Shown in pieces: positions 7,358-16,472 of a stretch of 64,000 bases of DNA. Each line of letters opens with the position of its first letter. Positions within the stretch are counted from its first letter, which is position 1. The stretch comes from Dehalococcoidia bacterium (GTDB lineage: Bacteria; Chloroflexota; Dehalococcoidia; Dehalococcoidales; JAUXAP01), in assembly GCA_030619865.1 (NCBI GenBank), contig JAUXAP010000003.1, positions 135-64,134 of the forward strand, read 5' to 3'. A program made the position numbers and the translations under genes. The notes under the pieces were generated by a model, which saw only the letters and a list, made by a program, of their open reading frames with translations, ran no database searches and was not told where the DNA came from.

Positions 7358-7666
7358 ATGGACGAAGGGAAAGAATTTGAGGGTTACCTCAACGCTGAAT
7401 ACCGCCATATAGCAGAGGCACACTTCCGAACTATTGAGGCAATATCGTCTTTCTTTCGGTATTATCTGCTCATCATGTCTCTCCCCATCACACTATTAGC
7501 CCTAGCAATTGGGATATCGTCTCAATCAGATAAGGTTCTAGAAGCTATATTTAGTCTGGGGCCCCTCCTGTCCGCCGTCCTTTTCGTTATTTCAATGGTT
7601 GGCTTCGGTATGCTTCTCTACATTATCAATTTGAGAATGTACTTCGCCCTTCCCCATGCAACTTAG
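7358..7666 (+). CDS. hypothetical membrane protein, possibly truncated
   Basis: 102-aa ORF with two hydrophobic helices. Ends abruptly and is followed by ~440 nt without ORFs. Confidence 0.35.
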   Translation: MDEGKEFEGYLNAEYRHIAEAHFRTIEAISSFFRYYLLIMSLPITLLALAIGISSQSDKVLEAIFSLGPLLSAVLFVISMVGFGMLLYIINLRMYFALPHAT

Positions 7667-8104
7667 AAGCACTAGCTCGGCAAAGCCAACGCTTCTGCAT
7701 AAACGGGTATCAGTAATTTGGAGCTTGACTAAAGACCTTATCCCGGAGTAAAATTAGAACAGTCAGTTGTTTGGGAGGAGTATTATATTTCTATCAAGCC
7801 GAGAAACTAGAGAATCAATAATCAGGGGACATCCCCTGATAATTTATCGGCTTCAAGAGGATTTTAATACGCCAGAAAATACAGCAGACTTCTGGGGTTA
7901 CCGATCCTTTTGCCAAGTTGAACCCACCGCTACTTTAGCTCTACCCAGAATTAAGAGCAGACAATAAAGACACCTACTCCTCAGACATGTTCCAAAAGAT
8001 TGTTACACCAACTGGTTTATTCCAAGTTTTACAGGACATCAAAGAGGGAGCATATTTCGGCGTGATGCCTGAGAATCCCTCTTAGGATACCGTGAGGGGA
8101 GAAA

Positions 8105-9238
8105 ATGGTAACCTTGGTGGTAACAAAAGGTGCCAGCTCAATGGACCTTTATGTTGAAAAGCTGGCTGCGAAACTGGATGTACCAAAGGTTCACACCAAC
8201 ATATATCAGAAGATCGGTGAGCGCTTTAATGCTTCGTGGTTTTCACTGGATGCTCTAAAGGCTATCCGAGATGACTGGCAATTCGTAAGGATGCTCAATA
8301 AACTGAATGGCATCACCCATTTGCCCAATCAGCATTTGGGACGTTATGGCTTATTCCTGAAGGTTCCTTATATCATTACCGTACATGACATCATAAGATA
8401 TTTCGACCTTGAGGGGGAGAACACTTTTGGCTACCACCCTAATCTTAGGGACAGATTCTACCTATCCCTAGACTACAAAGGGGTAAAGAAAGCTACCAGA
8501 GTAATCGCCGTATCCCAGACAACAAAAGATGATTTGGTCCAGCACCTCGGCATACCAGAGGAACGCATTTCCGTAGTCTACGAGGGTATAGACCACTCGC
8601 TGTTCAAACCGACTTCACGCCGACTCGTAGACCACCCTTACCTCCTCTTTGTCGGTACAGAGCACCCACGAAAGAATTTCGCCGGGCTGCTCAACAGCTT
8701 CAGCAAGTTAAAGAGCCAAGGTAGATTCAAAGACCTCAAAGTGCTGAAGGTAGGCAGAGCCGGAAGGCCGGGGACAGACTTTAGACAGCAGACCCTCCAG
8801 GTCGTTGAGGAATTAGGGCTGTCAAGTGAAGTGGTTTTCACCGATTATGTTGCTCGAGAGGATTTGCCAGCTTACTACTCCGGTGCTGAGTGCTTTATCT
8901 TACCTTCTCTCTATGAAGGCTTTGGCTTCCCTCCCCTTGAGGCAATGGCCTGTGGTTGCCCGGTGATAGTCTCTAATGCAGCTTCATTACCTGAGGTTGT
9001 TGGAAATGCCGCCATCAAGGTCGATCCCGATGACATAGACGGCACGGCAAATGCTCTGCTTAAAATTCTTATCGATGAACACTTGAAACAGGAACTAGTG
9101 TCAAAGGGGTTTAAGCAGGTAAGGCGGTTCTCCTGGCAAAGAGTAGCCAATGAGACCCTGAAAGTATATAAGAGTGTAGAGCTCTCTCTTAGCCACAAGC
9201 ATACACCTAGCAGAGTGACGGAAAGGAAAGGCAAGTGA
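8105..9238 (+). CDS. glycosyltransferase, GT4-like (GT-B fold)
   Basis: 377 aa. C-terminal EGFGFPPLEAMACGCPVIVSNAASLPEVVG motif. SD GAGGGGAG upstream. Confidence 0.85.
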   Translation: MVTLVVTKGASSMDLYVEKLAAKLDVPKVHTNIYQKIGERFNASWFSLDALKAIRDDWQFVRMLNKLNGITHLPNQHLGRYGLFLKVPYIITVHDIIRYFDLEGENTFGYHPNLRDRFYLSLDYKGVKKATRVIAVSQTTKDDLVQHLGIPEERISVVYEGIDHSLFKPTSRRLVDHPYLLFVGTEHPRKNFAGLLNSFSKLKSQGRFKDLKVLKVGRAGRPGTDFRQQTLQVVEELGLSSEVVFTDYVAREDLPAYYSGAECFILPSLYEGFGFPPLEAMACGCPVIVSNAASLPEVVGNAAIKVDPDDIDGTANALLKILIDEHLKQELVSKGFKQVRRFSWQRVANETLKVYKSVELSLSHKHTPSRVTERKGK

Positions 9239-10296
9239 TGGGAGGGTCAAAGACATCGCCAAAAGCAGTTATTCTGGTTGGCGGCGAGGGAACACGGCTG
9301 TACCCACTCACTTATGGCATACCCAAACCTATGGTCCCAGTGCTAAATCGGCCCTTCTTGGAACATACCATTGCTTACCTTAGAAAATACGGGGTTGAGA
9401 ATATCATTTTGGCATCAAGCTACCTTCCTGAGGTCATTCAGGATTATTTTGGGGATGGCAGTAAACTGGGGGCAAGACTGACCTATACCGTGGAGAACAA
9501 TCCACTGGGCACCGCCGGAGCAGTAAAGAACGCTGAACAATACTTAGACAGCACCTTTGTTGTCCTCAATGGGGACATCTTCACTGACCTTAATATCGGT
9601 GCTATGCTTGCCTTCCATCAGCGTAAAGGAGCGAAGGCAACCATAGCCTTGATTCAGGTAGATAATCCCAGTGCCTTCGGATTAGTTGAGACCGATAGTG
9701 ATAGAAGGGTGACAGGCTTCGTTGAAAAACCGAGCCCAGACCAAGTGACCACCAATTGGATAAATGCCGGCATCTACATCCTTGAGCCTGAAGTCTTAGG
9801 CTATGTACCAGTAAATAGCCACTATATGTTTGAGAAGGGACTTTTCCCACTCCTTCTCAAACAGGATGAGCCTGTCTACGGCTATCCCTTTAGCAGTTAC
9901 TGGCTTGATATGGGAACGCCAGAGAAATACCTCTGCTTAAACCACGACCTTTTACTGTTGAAAGTAAAGAGCGCCCTGATTAATGATTTGAGTAGGGATA
10001 AGGTATGCTGTGACAAGGAAGCCGCTATTCATTCTTCAGCCGAAATAACGGGACCAGCAGTAATCGGCAGTAAATGCCAGATAGAGCAAGGGGCACATAT
10101 TAAGGGCCCCGTGGTTATAGGTGCAGATTGCCATGTAGGAGAAAGGGCTAACATAGAGGAGACCGTACTGTGGAGAGGCGTCAACATTGGTGCCGGTGCT
10201 AGTCTTAAACACTGCATCATTGGCAGTAATACCAGTATAGAAGACAATGACCAAATCGTTAACCGTGTGGTGACCCCGGACTCCCGACCACGTTAG
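9238..10296 (+). CDS. NDP-sugar pyrophosphorylase (mannose-1-phosphate guanylyltransferase-like) with C-terminal left-handed beta-helix
   Basis: AVILVGGEGTRLYPLT nucleotide-binding motif plus hexapeptide-repeat tail. ATG 9238 overlaps the upstream TGA; GTG 9235 is an alternative start. Confidence 0.85.
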   Translation: MGGSKTSPKAVILVGGEGTRLYPLTYGIPKPMVPVLNRPFLEHTIAYLRKYGVENIILASSYLPEVIQDYFGDGSKLGARLTYTVENNPLGTAGAVKNAEQYLDSTFVVLNGDIFTDLNIGAMLAFHQRKGAKATIALIQVDNPSAFGLVETDSDRRVTGFVEKPSPDQVTTNWINAGIYILEPEVLGYVPVNSHYMFEKGLFPLLLKQDEPVYGYPFSSYWLDMGTPEKYLCLNHDLLLLKVKSALINDLSRDKVCCDKEAAIHSSAEITGPAVIGSKCQIEQGAHIKGPVVIGADCHVGERANIEETVLWRGVNIGAGASLKHCIIGSNTSIEDNDQIVNRVVTPDSRPR

Positions 10297-10417
10297 TGCC
10301 TAGATAACCCTATCTCTGAAAGAGGGGGAATGTCAGCTCTTTGACATGCCACCCACTTTCTAAAGCCTAAGTGCCTAGGAGAAGAAATGAACAATACCAA
10401 AATGAAAGAGGTGTTTT

Positions 10418-11062
10418 ATGAGCAATGAGATTCTCGAGAGCCTAAAGAAAGCAGTAATAGAATACAATAACGAAGCAGCCACAAGGTGGGCTAGAAAGGC
10501 AGTTGAGGAAGGAGTAGACCCTATTAAGGCAGTAGATGCCCTGACCAAGGGTATCAGGCAAGTCGGTGACGGCTTTAGTCAAGGTGAGCTCTGGCTACCT
10601 GAGCTTGTTGGGGCTGCGGATGCCATGAAGAGTGCTATGCCCATTATAGAAGAAGAGATTAAAAGAAGGGGCAAGAAACGAGAAACAGCGGGTGTCATTG
10701 TGTTAGGAACGGTTAAAGGGGACATCCATGACATAGGCAAAAATCTGGTAGCTACGTTTCTGACCATTGATGGCTTCAACGTAATCGACCTTGGTGTTGA
10801 TGTTGCCGCCGAGAAGTTTATCAAGGCAGTCAAAAAGCATAAAGCTGACATTTTAGCTCTATCTGCCCTCATGACCATGACTGGCCAAGAGCAGAGAAAG
10901 ACGATTGATGCCCTTAAGAAGGAAGGTATAAAAGACAAAGTGAAGGTAATGATAGGTGGAGGAGCTATAACCCAAGGGTTTGCTGACGATATTGGAGCCG
11001 ATGCATATGACCCTACTGCCGTTGGGGCAGTAAAATTAGCCAGAAGGCTGACTAGAAAGTAA
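10418..11062 (+). CDS. cobalamin-binding corrinoid protein (methyltransferase cognate)
   Basis: 214 aa. B12-binding DxHxxG motif as GDIHDIGKNLV, followed by SALMT and GGG segments. Confidence 0.85.
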   Translation: MSNEILESLKKAVIEYNNEAATRWARKAVEEGVDPIKAVDALTKGIRQVGDGFSQGELWLPELVGAADAMKSAMPIIEEEIKRRGKKRETAGVIVLGTVKGDIHDIGKNLVATFLTIDGFNVIDLGVDVAAEKFIKAVKKHKADILALSALMTMTGQEQRKTIDALKKEGIKDKVKVMIGGGAITQGFADDIGADAYDPTAVGAVKLARRLTRK

Positions 11063-11076
11063 AAGGAGGCAATGCC

Positions 11077-12513
11077 ATGGGATTAAAAGGCTATGTAGTT
11101 AAACGCCCACTGGATATATTAACCGAGGAGGAAGTTAAGAGGATTCATTATGGGACTCTGGAGGTCATGGCGAAAACAGGAGTGGTGTTTCATCACAAAA
11201 AGGCGCTAGAGATTTTGGGTGATGCCGGTTGCGATGTGGATAGGGAGAAAGAACTGGTAAGGTTCCCCAACTATTTGGTTGAGGAATCGTTAAGAAAATG
11301 CCCCAGAAGAGTCCTTCTGAAAGGAATGACCCCGGAATATGATGTAGCAGTCGGTGACCCTTATGTGCATTTTGCCAGTTGTATTGCTATGGATACCCTG
11401 GATTTAGAGACTATGGACCGGAAGATACCAACGATGCAAGACCACATTAACATGGCCAAGGTTCTAGACTATTTAGATGAAGTTCATTTGCATTATGGAC
11501 AATATGTGCGTGCAGAAGGTGTTGCTGATATGTGTATACACCCACAGAGGTTCAATATAACAGTTAAACACGCATTGAAGCCCTCCATCACGGCCGGAGT
11601 GTTTGGCAACGAGGTATGGTTGATAAAAATGGCACAAGTCGTTGGTCAAAATCCGGCAGGGCACGCCCAGTGCTCGCCTCCACTGACATGGTCTACAGAC
11701 AAAATCGACTGTATGCTTCATTATATAGACGCCGGCTTCCCTATATTGCCGGGTACAGGTCTGGCAACAGGAATGACCAGTCCGGTGACTCTAGCCGGGG
11801 CATTAGTACAACAACAAGCCGAAATTTTATCTGGGATAGTCCTAGCCCAAACCGTCAAACCCGGGATTGGTGTCATCGTTAAAGGCCGCATAGAGCCAGC
11901 AGATATGAGAACCGGTATGATTGCTGAGGGTGGTGTGGAAAAGGTAATTGCCGATGCCGCCTGGAATCAAATCTGGCGCTGGTACCAAGTCCCCCGATGG
12001 CATACAGTTGTATCGACTGACTCAAAAGTCCCCGATTATCAATGTGGAATGGAAAAAGCACTACATTTCCTCTTGTCGGCTTTGACTGGCTCCAACATAA
12101 TTGCCGGCATTGGCGGAGTATATGATGAAATTACTGTTTCCCCCGTTGTTGCCATAATGGATAACGAACTAGCTCGCCGGATTGGCAAAATGATCGACGG
12201 GGTAAATGTAAACGAGGAAACTTTGGCCGTCGATTTGATTAACAAAGTAGGTCCGATCCCAGGTCAATTTCTCAGCACAGAACACACCAGGAAATTGTGG
12301 AAGTCGGAGCTGCTCATACCTGCTCTTGCTGATAGAATGGGCTATTCTGAATGGGTGGGGGGAGGCAAAAAAACTTCCCTTGATTATGCCAAGGAAAAAT
12401 ACGAGGAGATAATAGCTACCTATAATCCTTCCCCTTTGTCCGAAGATAAAGAGAAGGCAATAGACGAGATTATGGAAGAAGCCAGAAAGTTCTATAAGAG
12501 TAAAGAGTCGTAA
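11077..12513 (+). CDS. MttB-superfamily methyltransferase without pyrrolysine codon
   Basis: 478-aa uninterrupted ORF with trimethylamine-methyltransferase-family length and sequence character. Sits directly downstream of the corrinoid protein. Confidence 0.75.
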   Translation: MGLKGYVVKRPLDILTEEEVKRIHYGTLEVMAKTGVVFHHKKALEILGDAGCDVDREKELVRFPNYLVEESLRKCPRRVLLKGMTPEYDVAVGDPYVHFASCIAMDTLDLETMDRKIPTMQDHINMAKVLDYLDEVHLHYGQYVRAEGVADMCIHPQRFNITVKHALKPSITAGVFGNEVWLIKMAQVVGQNPAGHAQCSPPLTWSTDKIDCMLHYIDAGFPILPGTGLATGMTSPVTLAGALVQQQAEILSGIVLAQTVKPGIGVIVKGRIEPADMRTGMIAEGGVEKVIADAAWNQIWRWYQVPRWHTVVSTDSKVPDYQCGMEKALHFLLSALTGSNIIAGIGGVYDEITVSPVVAIMDNELARRIGKMIDGVNVNEETLAVDLINKVGPIPGQFLSTEHTRKLWKSELLIPALADRMGYSEWVGGGKKTSLDYAKEKYEEIIATYNPSPLSEDKEKAIDEIMEEARKFYKSKES

Positions 12514-12557
12514 TTAGCTAACTCTTCTGGAACCACGGACTAATCACTCTCGTAAGA

Positions 12558-12586
12558 TTGACAATCTCAAGCTATAATGCTAAAAT
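12558..12586 (+). promoter_or_regulatory. sigma70-type promoter TTGACA-17-TAAAAT
   Basis: Exact -35, 17-nt spacer and TAAAAT -10. Leaves a ~190-nt leader before the hydrogenase small subunit. Confidence 0.5.
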
Positions 12587-12783
12587 TTGCTAGGATTAAC
12601 GAATTGGGGAAATATTACGCAAATAGGCAAGCACGGTAAGCAGGTACAAATAAAACTCAATATCTTCCCTATCTTTATATTTTTTGGCGACCAGTTCCAG
12701 CGTTATCCAATCTGACTCAAATTCAGAAGCTTGTGCTAAGAGTGCCGACGGAGCGTGCACACGTTTAAAAAAGAGGAGTAAAG

Positions 12784-13776
12784 ATGGCTAAACCAAAAGT
12801 TGCTTTTTATTGGTGCGCTTCATGTGGCGGCTGTGAGGAGACAGTCGTTGACCTCAATGAAGACTTGCTGAAGGTGGCGGATGCTGTGGATATTGTGCTT
12901 TGGCCGGTGGCGCTAGACTTTAAGAGGAAGGATATCGAAGCTTTAAGCGATAGTGAGATAGCGGTGAGCTTCATAAATGGGGCAGTAAGGCTGGAAGAGC
13001 AGGAGGAGATGGTAAAGCTCTTGAGGGAAAAATCTGGCCTGATAGTCGCTTTTGGTGCCTGTGCTCATATAGGGGGGATACCGGGGCTGGGTAACTTCTG
13101 GACAAGGGATGCAATTTTCCAAAGGGTCTATAAGGAAGCCCCAACTGTTGAAAATCCAGAGGGAATTATCCCCCTTGAAAAAACAGCCACTGATGTTGGT
13201 GACCTTACCCTGCCGGAATTTTATAATACGGTGAAGACATTAGACCAAACCATCCCGGTGGATTACTACCTCCCCGGGTGCCCACCACCGCCTGACCTAA
13301 TATTGAATGCAGTAAATGCCATTCTAACCGGCAAACTACCAGAGAAAGGGGCAGTACTTGCTCCCAATAAAGCCTTGTGTGATACCTGCCCCAGGGCGGA
13401 GACAAAACCAGAAAAAATATCAATACAAGAAATAAAAAGACCGTGGGAAATCAAGATGGACCCGGAGAAATGCTTTCTTGAGCAAGGAATAATCTGTGTC
13501 GGCCCCTCTACTCGTTCGGGGTGCGGGGAAACCTGCATTAAAGCTAATATGCCCTGCCGGGGGTGCTTTGGTCCCGTAGATGGAGTCACAGACCAAGGGG
13601 CAAAAGGGCTTTCGATGATCGCATCTATTTTGGGAATTGACGGCGAAGAGAAGATGTCTGACGAAGATGTTGAAAAATTAATTAATCAGATTGCGGACCC
13701 AGCAGGAACATTCTATAGATTTAGCCTACCTGCTTCTCTCCTTAGAAGAAAGAGAGTGGAGGAAATAGAAGGGTAG
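12784..13776 (+). CDS. [NiFe] hydrogenase small subunit, group 3 (MvhG/VhuG-like)
   Basis: 330 aa. N-terminal FYWCASCGGCEE cluster motif and further Cys clusters (CDTCP, CRGCFGP). No Tat signal. Confidence 0.85.
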   Translation: MAKPKVAFYWCASCGGCEETVVDLNEDLLKVADAVDIVLWPVALDFKRKDIEALSDSEIAVSFINGAVRLEEQEEMVKLLREKSGLIVAFGACAHIGGIPGLGNFWTRDAIFQRVYKEAPTVENPEGIIPLEKTATDVGDLTLPEFYNTVKTLDQTIPVDYYLPGCPPPPDLILNAVNAILTGKLPEKGAVLAPNKALCDTCPRAETKPEKISIQEIKRPWEIKMDPEKCFLEQGIICVGPSTRSGCGETCIKANMPCRGCFGPVDGVTDQGAKGLSMIASILGIDGEEKMSDEDVEKLINQIADPAGTFYRFSLPASLLRRKRVEEIEG

Positions 13777-13777
13777 A

Positions 13778-15241
13778 ATGAAGAAGATAACCATAGACCC
13801 GATAACCAGACTTGAGGGACATGGAAAGATAGAGATATTCCTCAATGATGAAGGCAATTGTGAGCGGGCCTGTCTCCAAATTCCGGAACTTCGCGGGTTC
13901 GAGAAATTCAGCGAGGGAAGACCAGCCGAGGAGATGCCGAGAATAACCACCATGATATGTGGGGTGTGCCCTACTGCTCACCACATGGCATCGACCAAAG
14001 CCCTTGATGACCTCTGGCAGGTTGAGCCAACCCCGACTGCCAAGAAGATAAGAGAGATTATGTACAATGCCTTTCAGGCTGAAGACCATATATTACACTT
14101 CTTCTTCCTAGGCGGTCCCGACTTTGTGGTTGGCCCACAAGCACCGGCCCCAGAAAGGAATATCCTAGGGGTTATTGCTAAGGCTGGGATGGAAACCGGC
14201 GGAAAAGTAATAGAAATGCGGAAAAGGCTCAGGAATGTGCTGAGAATAATCGGAGGCAAGCCGGTTATGCCTACCTGTGGCTTGCCCGGAGGGGTATCAA
14301 AAGCAATTTCTGAGGAGGAAAGAAAGACAATCATCGAGGCAGGGGAATATGCAGTCGATTTCTGCAAAGTCGCCCTTGGGCTTTTCGATGATATAGTGCT
14401 TAAGAATAAAGATTATGTTGACCTCATAACTGGGGATATCTACAAGCATAGGACATATTATATGGGGCTGGTGGATGAGAATAACAAGGTAAACTTCTAT
14501 GATGGACTTATAAGAGTGGTTGACCCGAATGGTAAAGAATTTGCCAAGTTTAAGATTCAGCAATATCTTGACCACATCAGGGAGCATGTTGAGCCGTGGA
14601 CTTATGTTAGGTTCTCCTATCTTAAGAATGTAGGCTGGAAGGGATTTGTTGACGGGGAAGAGAGTGGTGTTTTTAGAGTAGCCCCGCTGGCTCGACTGAA
14701 TGTGTCCGATGGAATGGCAACACCACTGGCTCAGGAAGCCTATGAAAAAATGTATGAAGTATTGGGTGGAAAACCGGTTCATAGTACTTTAGCTTTCCAC
14801 TGGGCTCGGCTCGTTGAGGCACTTTACGCCTCGGAACGAGTCTTAGAGCTTGCCCGCGACCCTGAGCTTACTTCCCCTGATATAGTAAATTTACCTACGG
14901 CAACTCCGAAAGAGGGAATAGGAGTAGTAGAAGCGCCAAGAGGAACTCTTATCCATCACTATCAAACTGACGAAAGGGGAATTCTCACCAAAGTCAACCT
15001 GATTGTAGCCACCCAGAATAACTCGGCTGCCATTAACATGTCGGTTGAGAAAGCAGCCAAGTCACTTATAAAAAATGGCGAGGTTTCCGATGGAATCCTC
15101 AACATGATTGAGATGGCATTTAGAGCCTATGACCCCTGTCATGCCTGTGCTACCCATTCCCTTCCGGGAAGAATGCCACTTGAGGTGAATGTATATGACT
15201 CTAAAGGGAACTCAGTGAGAACATTGAAAAGAAATGAATAA
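13778..15241 (+). CDS. [NiFe] hydrogenase large subunit, group 3 (MvhA/VhuA-like)
   Basis: 487 aa. RLEGHGK, the CGVCPTAHH N-terminal Ni-binding motif and C-terminal DPCHACATH followed by a 27-aa cleavable tail. Confidence 0.9.
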   Translation: MKKITIDPITRLEGHGKIEIFLNDEGNCERACLQIPELRGFEKFSEGRPAEEMPRITTMICGVCPTAHHMASTKALDDLWQVEPTPTAKKIREIMYNAFQAEDHILHFFFLGGPDFVVGPQAPAPERNILGVIAKAGMETGGKVIEMRKRLRNVLRIIGGKPVMPTCGLPGGVSKAISEEERKTIIEAGEYAVDFCKVALGLFDDIVLKNKDYVDLITGDIYKHRTYYMGLVDENNKVNFYDGLIRVVDPNGKEFAKFKIQQYLDHIREHVEPWTYVRFSYLKNVGWKGFVDGEESGVFRVAPLARLNVSDGMATPLAQEAYEKMYEVLGGKPVHSTLAFHWARLVEALYASERVLELARDPELTSPDIVNLPTATPKEGIGVVEAPRGTLIHHYQTDERGILTKVNLIVATQNNSAAINMSVEKAAKSLIKNGEVSDGILNMIEMAFRAYDPCHACATHSLPGRMPLEVNVYDSKGNSVRTLKRNE

Positions 15242-15252
15242 GGAGACAAGTC

Positions 15253-15471
15253 ATGCGCGATAAAGTAGAAGCAGCTTTAGCCAAAATAAAACCGGCTTTG
15301 CAGGTACATGGAGGTGATGTTGAGCTGGTAGATGTGAATGAAGGGGTAGTTAAACTAAAGCTCAAAGGGGCCTGTGCTGGTTGCCCGATGGCAACCATGA
15401 CCTTAAAGATGGGGATTGCGCGAGTGCTGAAAGAGCAAGTGCCCGAGGTTAAGGAAGTGATTGCCGTCTAA
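15253..15471 (+). CDS. NifU C-terminal-domain-like Fe-S scaffold protein
   Basis: 72 aa. GGDVELVDV...GACAGCPMA motif. Confidence 0.75.
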   Translation: MRDKVEAALAKIKPALQVHGGDVELVDVNEGVVKLKLKGACAGCPMATMTLKMGIARVLKEQVPEVKEVIAV

Positions 15472-15510
15472 CCAGAGCCTTTATAGGAAAGGGAAGATAG
15501 AAAGCAAAGG

Positions 15511-15960
15511 ATGAATACACTCATCTTAGGAATCGGGAACCTAATTCTTACCGATGATGGAGTTGGCATCAAAATTGCTCAGTGGCTCAAGGAGGAAAAT
15601 CCTAAATTAGAAGTGCTGGAAACAAGCGAAGCTGGAATAAACTTCCTCGATCTTGTAATAGGCTACGATAAGCTCATCATTATCGACTCTATAAAAACTA
15701 AGCAGGGTAAACCAGGGGAACTCTACAAGCTAGAATTAGAAGATTTGAAGCCCACTATGGACTTCCTCCCTTCCCACGGCATAGATATTGCCACTGCCTT
15801 CGAAGTGGGACGAAAACTGGGATTTAAGATGCCAAAATATATTAGCATCTATGCTATAGAAATAAAGTCTAATTTAACCTTTGGAGAAGAGTGCACAGAA
15901 GAAGTAAGGGAAAGGATACCATTCATTGCAGGTCAAATAATGGAAGAGGAGAAGCTATAA
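15511..15960 (+). CDS. hydrogenase maturation endopeptidase (HycI/HoxW family)
   Basis: 149 aa. ILGIGNLILTDDGVG N-terminal motif and a conserved H near SHGIDI. Confidence 0.85.
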   Translation: MNTLILGIGNLILTDDGVGIKIAQWLKEENPKLEVLETSEAGINFLDLVIGYDKLIIIDSIKTKQGKPGELYKLELEDLKPTMDFLPSHGIDIATAFEVGRKLGFKMPKYISIYAIEIKSNLTFGEECTEEVRERIPFIAGQIMEEEKL

Positions 15961-16364
15961 CGGATTTCAAGCCTAAAGTCGTAGTCTTTTGCTGCAACTG
16001 GTGTTCTTACGCCGGGGCAGACCTTGCTGGCACTTCAAGAATGAAGATTAAGCCCTATTTCAGAGTAATTAGAACCATGTGTTCAGGAAGGATAGAACCC
16101 ACTTTTGTCTTACACGCCTTTGCTCAAGGTGCCGATGGAGTAATGTTAGCTGGGTGCCATCCGGGAGACTGTCACTACAATAGCGGTAATTATAAGACAA
16201 GGCGAAGGGTGATGCTGCTCAAAAATACACTTCCACAGCTTGGGATAGAATCTGATAGATTAAGATTAGAATGGATTTCAGCATCCGAGGCGCCAAAATT
16301 CCGGTCCACAGTGAACGAGTTTATTGATAAAGTTATAAAGCTCGGTCCTCTTAACATTAAATAA
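15957..16364 (+). CDS. mvhD: MvhD-like hydrogenase iron-sulfur subunit; start codon uncertain (ATA 15957 or GTG 15891)
   Basis: KPKVVVFCCNWCSYAGADLAG...CSGR...AGCHPGDCHY. Family homology begins at 15960. The only canonical start in frame is GTG 15891, which would overlap the upstream gene by 70 nt. Confidence 0.75.
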   Translation: MTDFKPKVVVFCCNWCSYAGADLAGTSRMKIKPYFRVIRTMCSGRIEPTFVLHAFAQGADGVMLAGCHPGDCHYNSGNYKTRRRVMLLKNTLPQLGIESDRLRLEWISASEAPKFRSTVNEFIDKVIKLGPLNIK

Positions 16365-16387
16365 GAAAGTTTGGTAGCAGGAAATAT

Positions 16388-16416
16388 CATTGCGAGAAGC
16401 GTAAGCGATGAAGCAA
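16388..16416. repeat. solitary copy of CATTGCGAG...GAAGCAA palindromic repeat family
   Basis: TCATTGCGAGAAGCGTAAGCGATGAAGCAA. Same family as the cluster at 28874-29052. Confidence 0.6.
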
Positions 16417-16472
16417 ATTTATTATGTCTTAATTTATGCAAGATGTTATGGTAAGGGAGGCTGAAAGAAGAG

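Noticed and set aside
10297-10417. Cobalamin riboswitch upstream of the corrinoid protein gene
   Set aside because: The intergenic region is only ~120 nt, with no recognisable B12 box and no multi-stem architecture.
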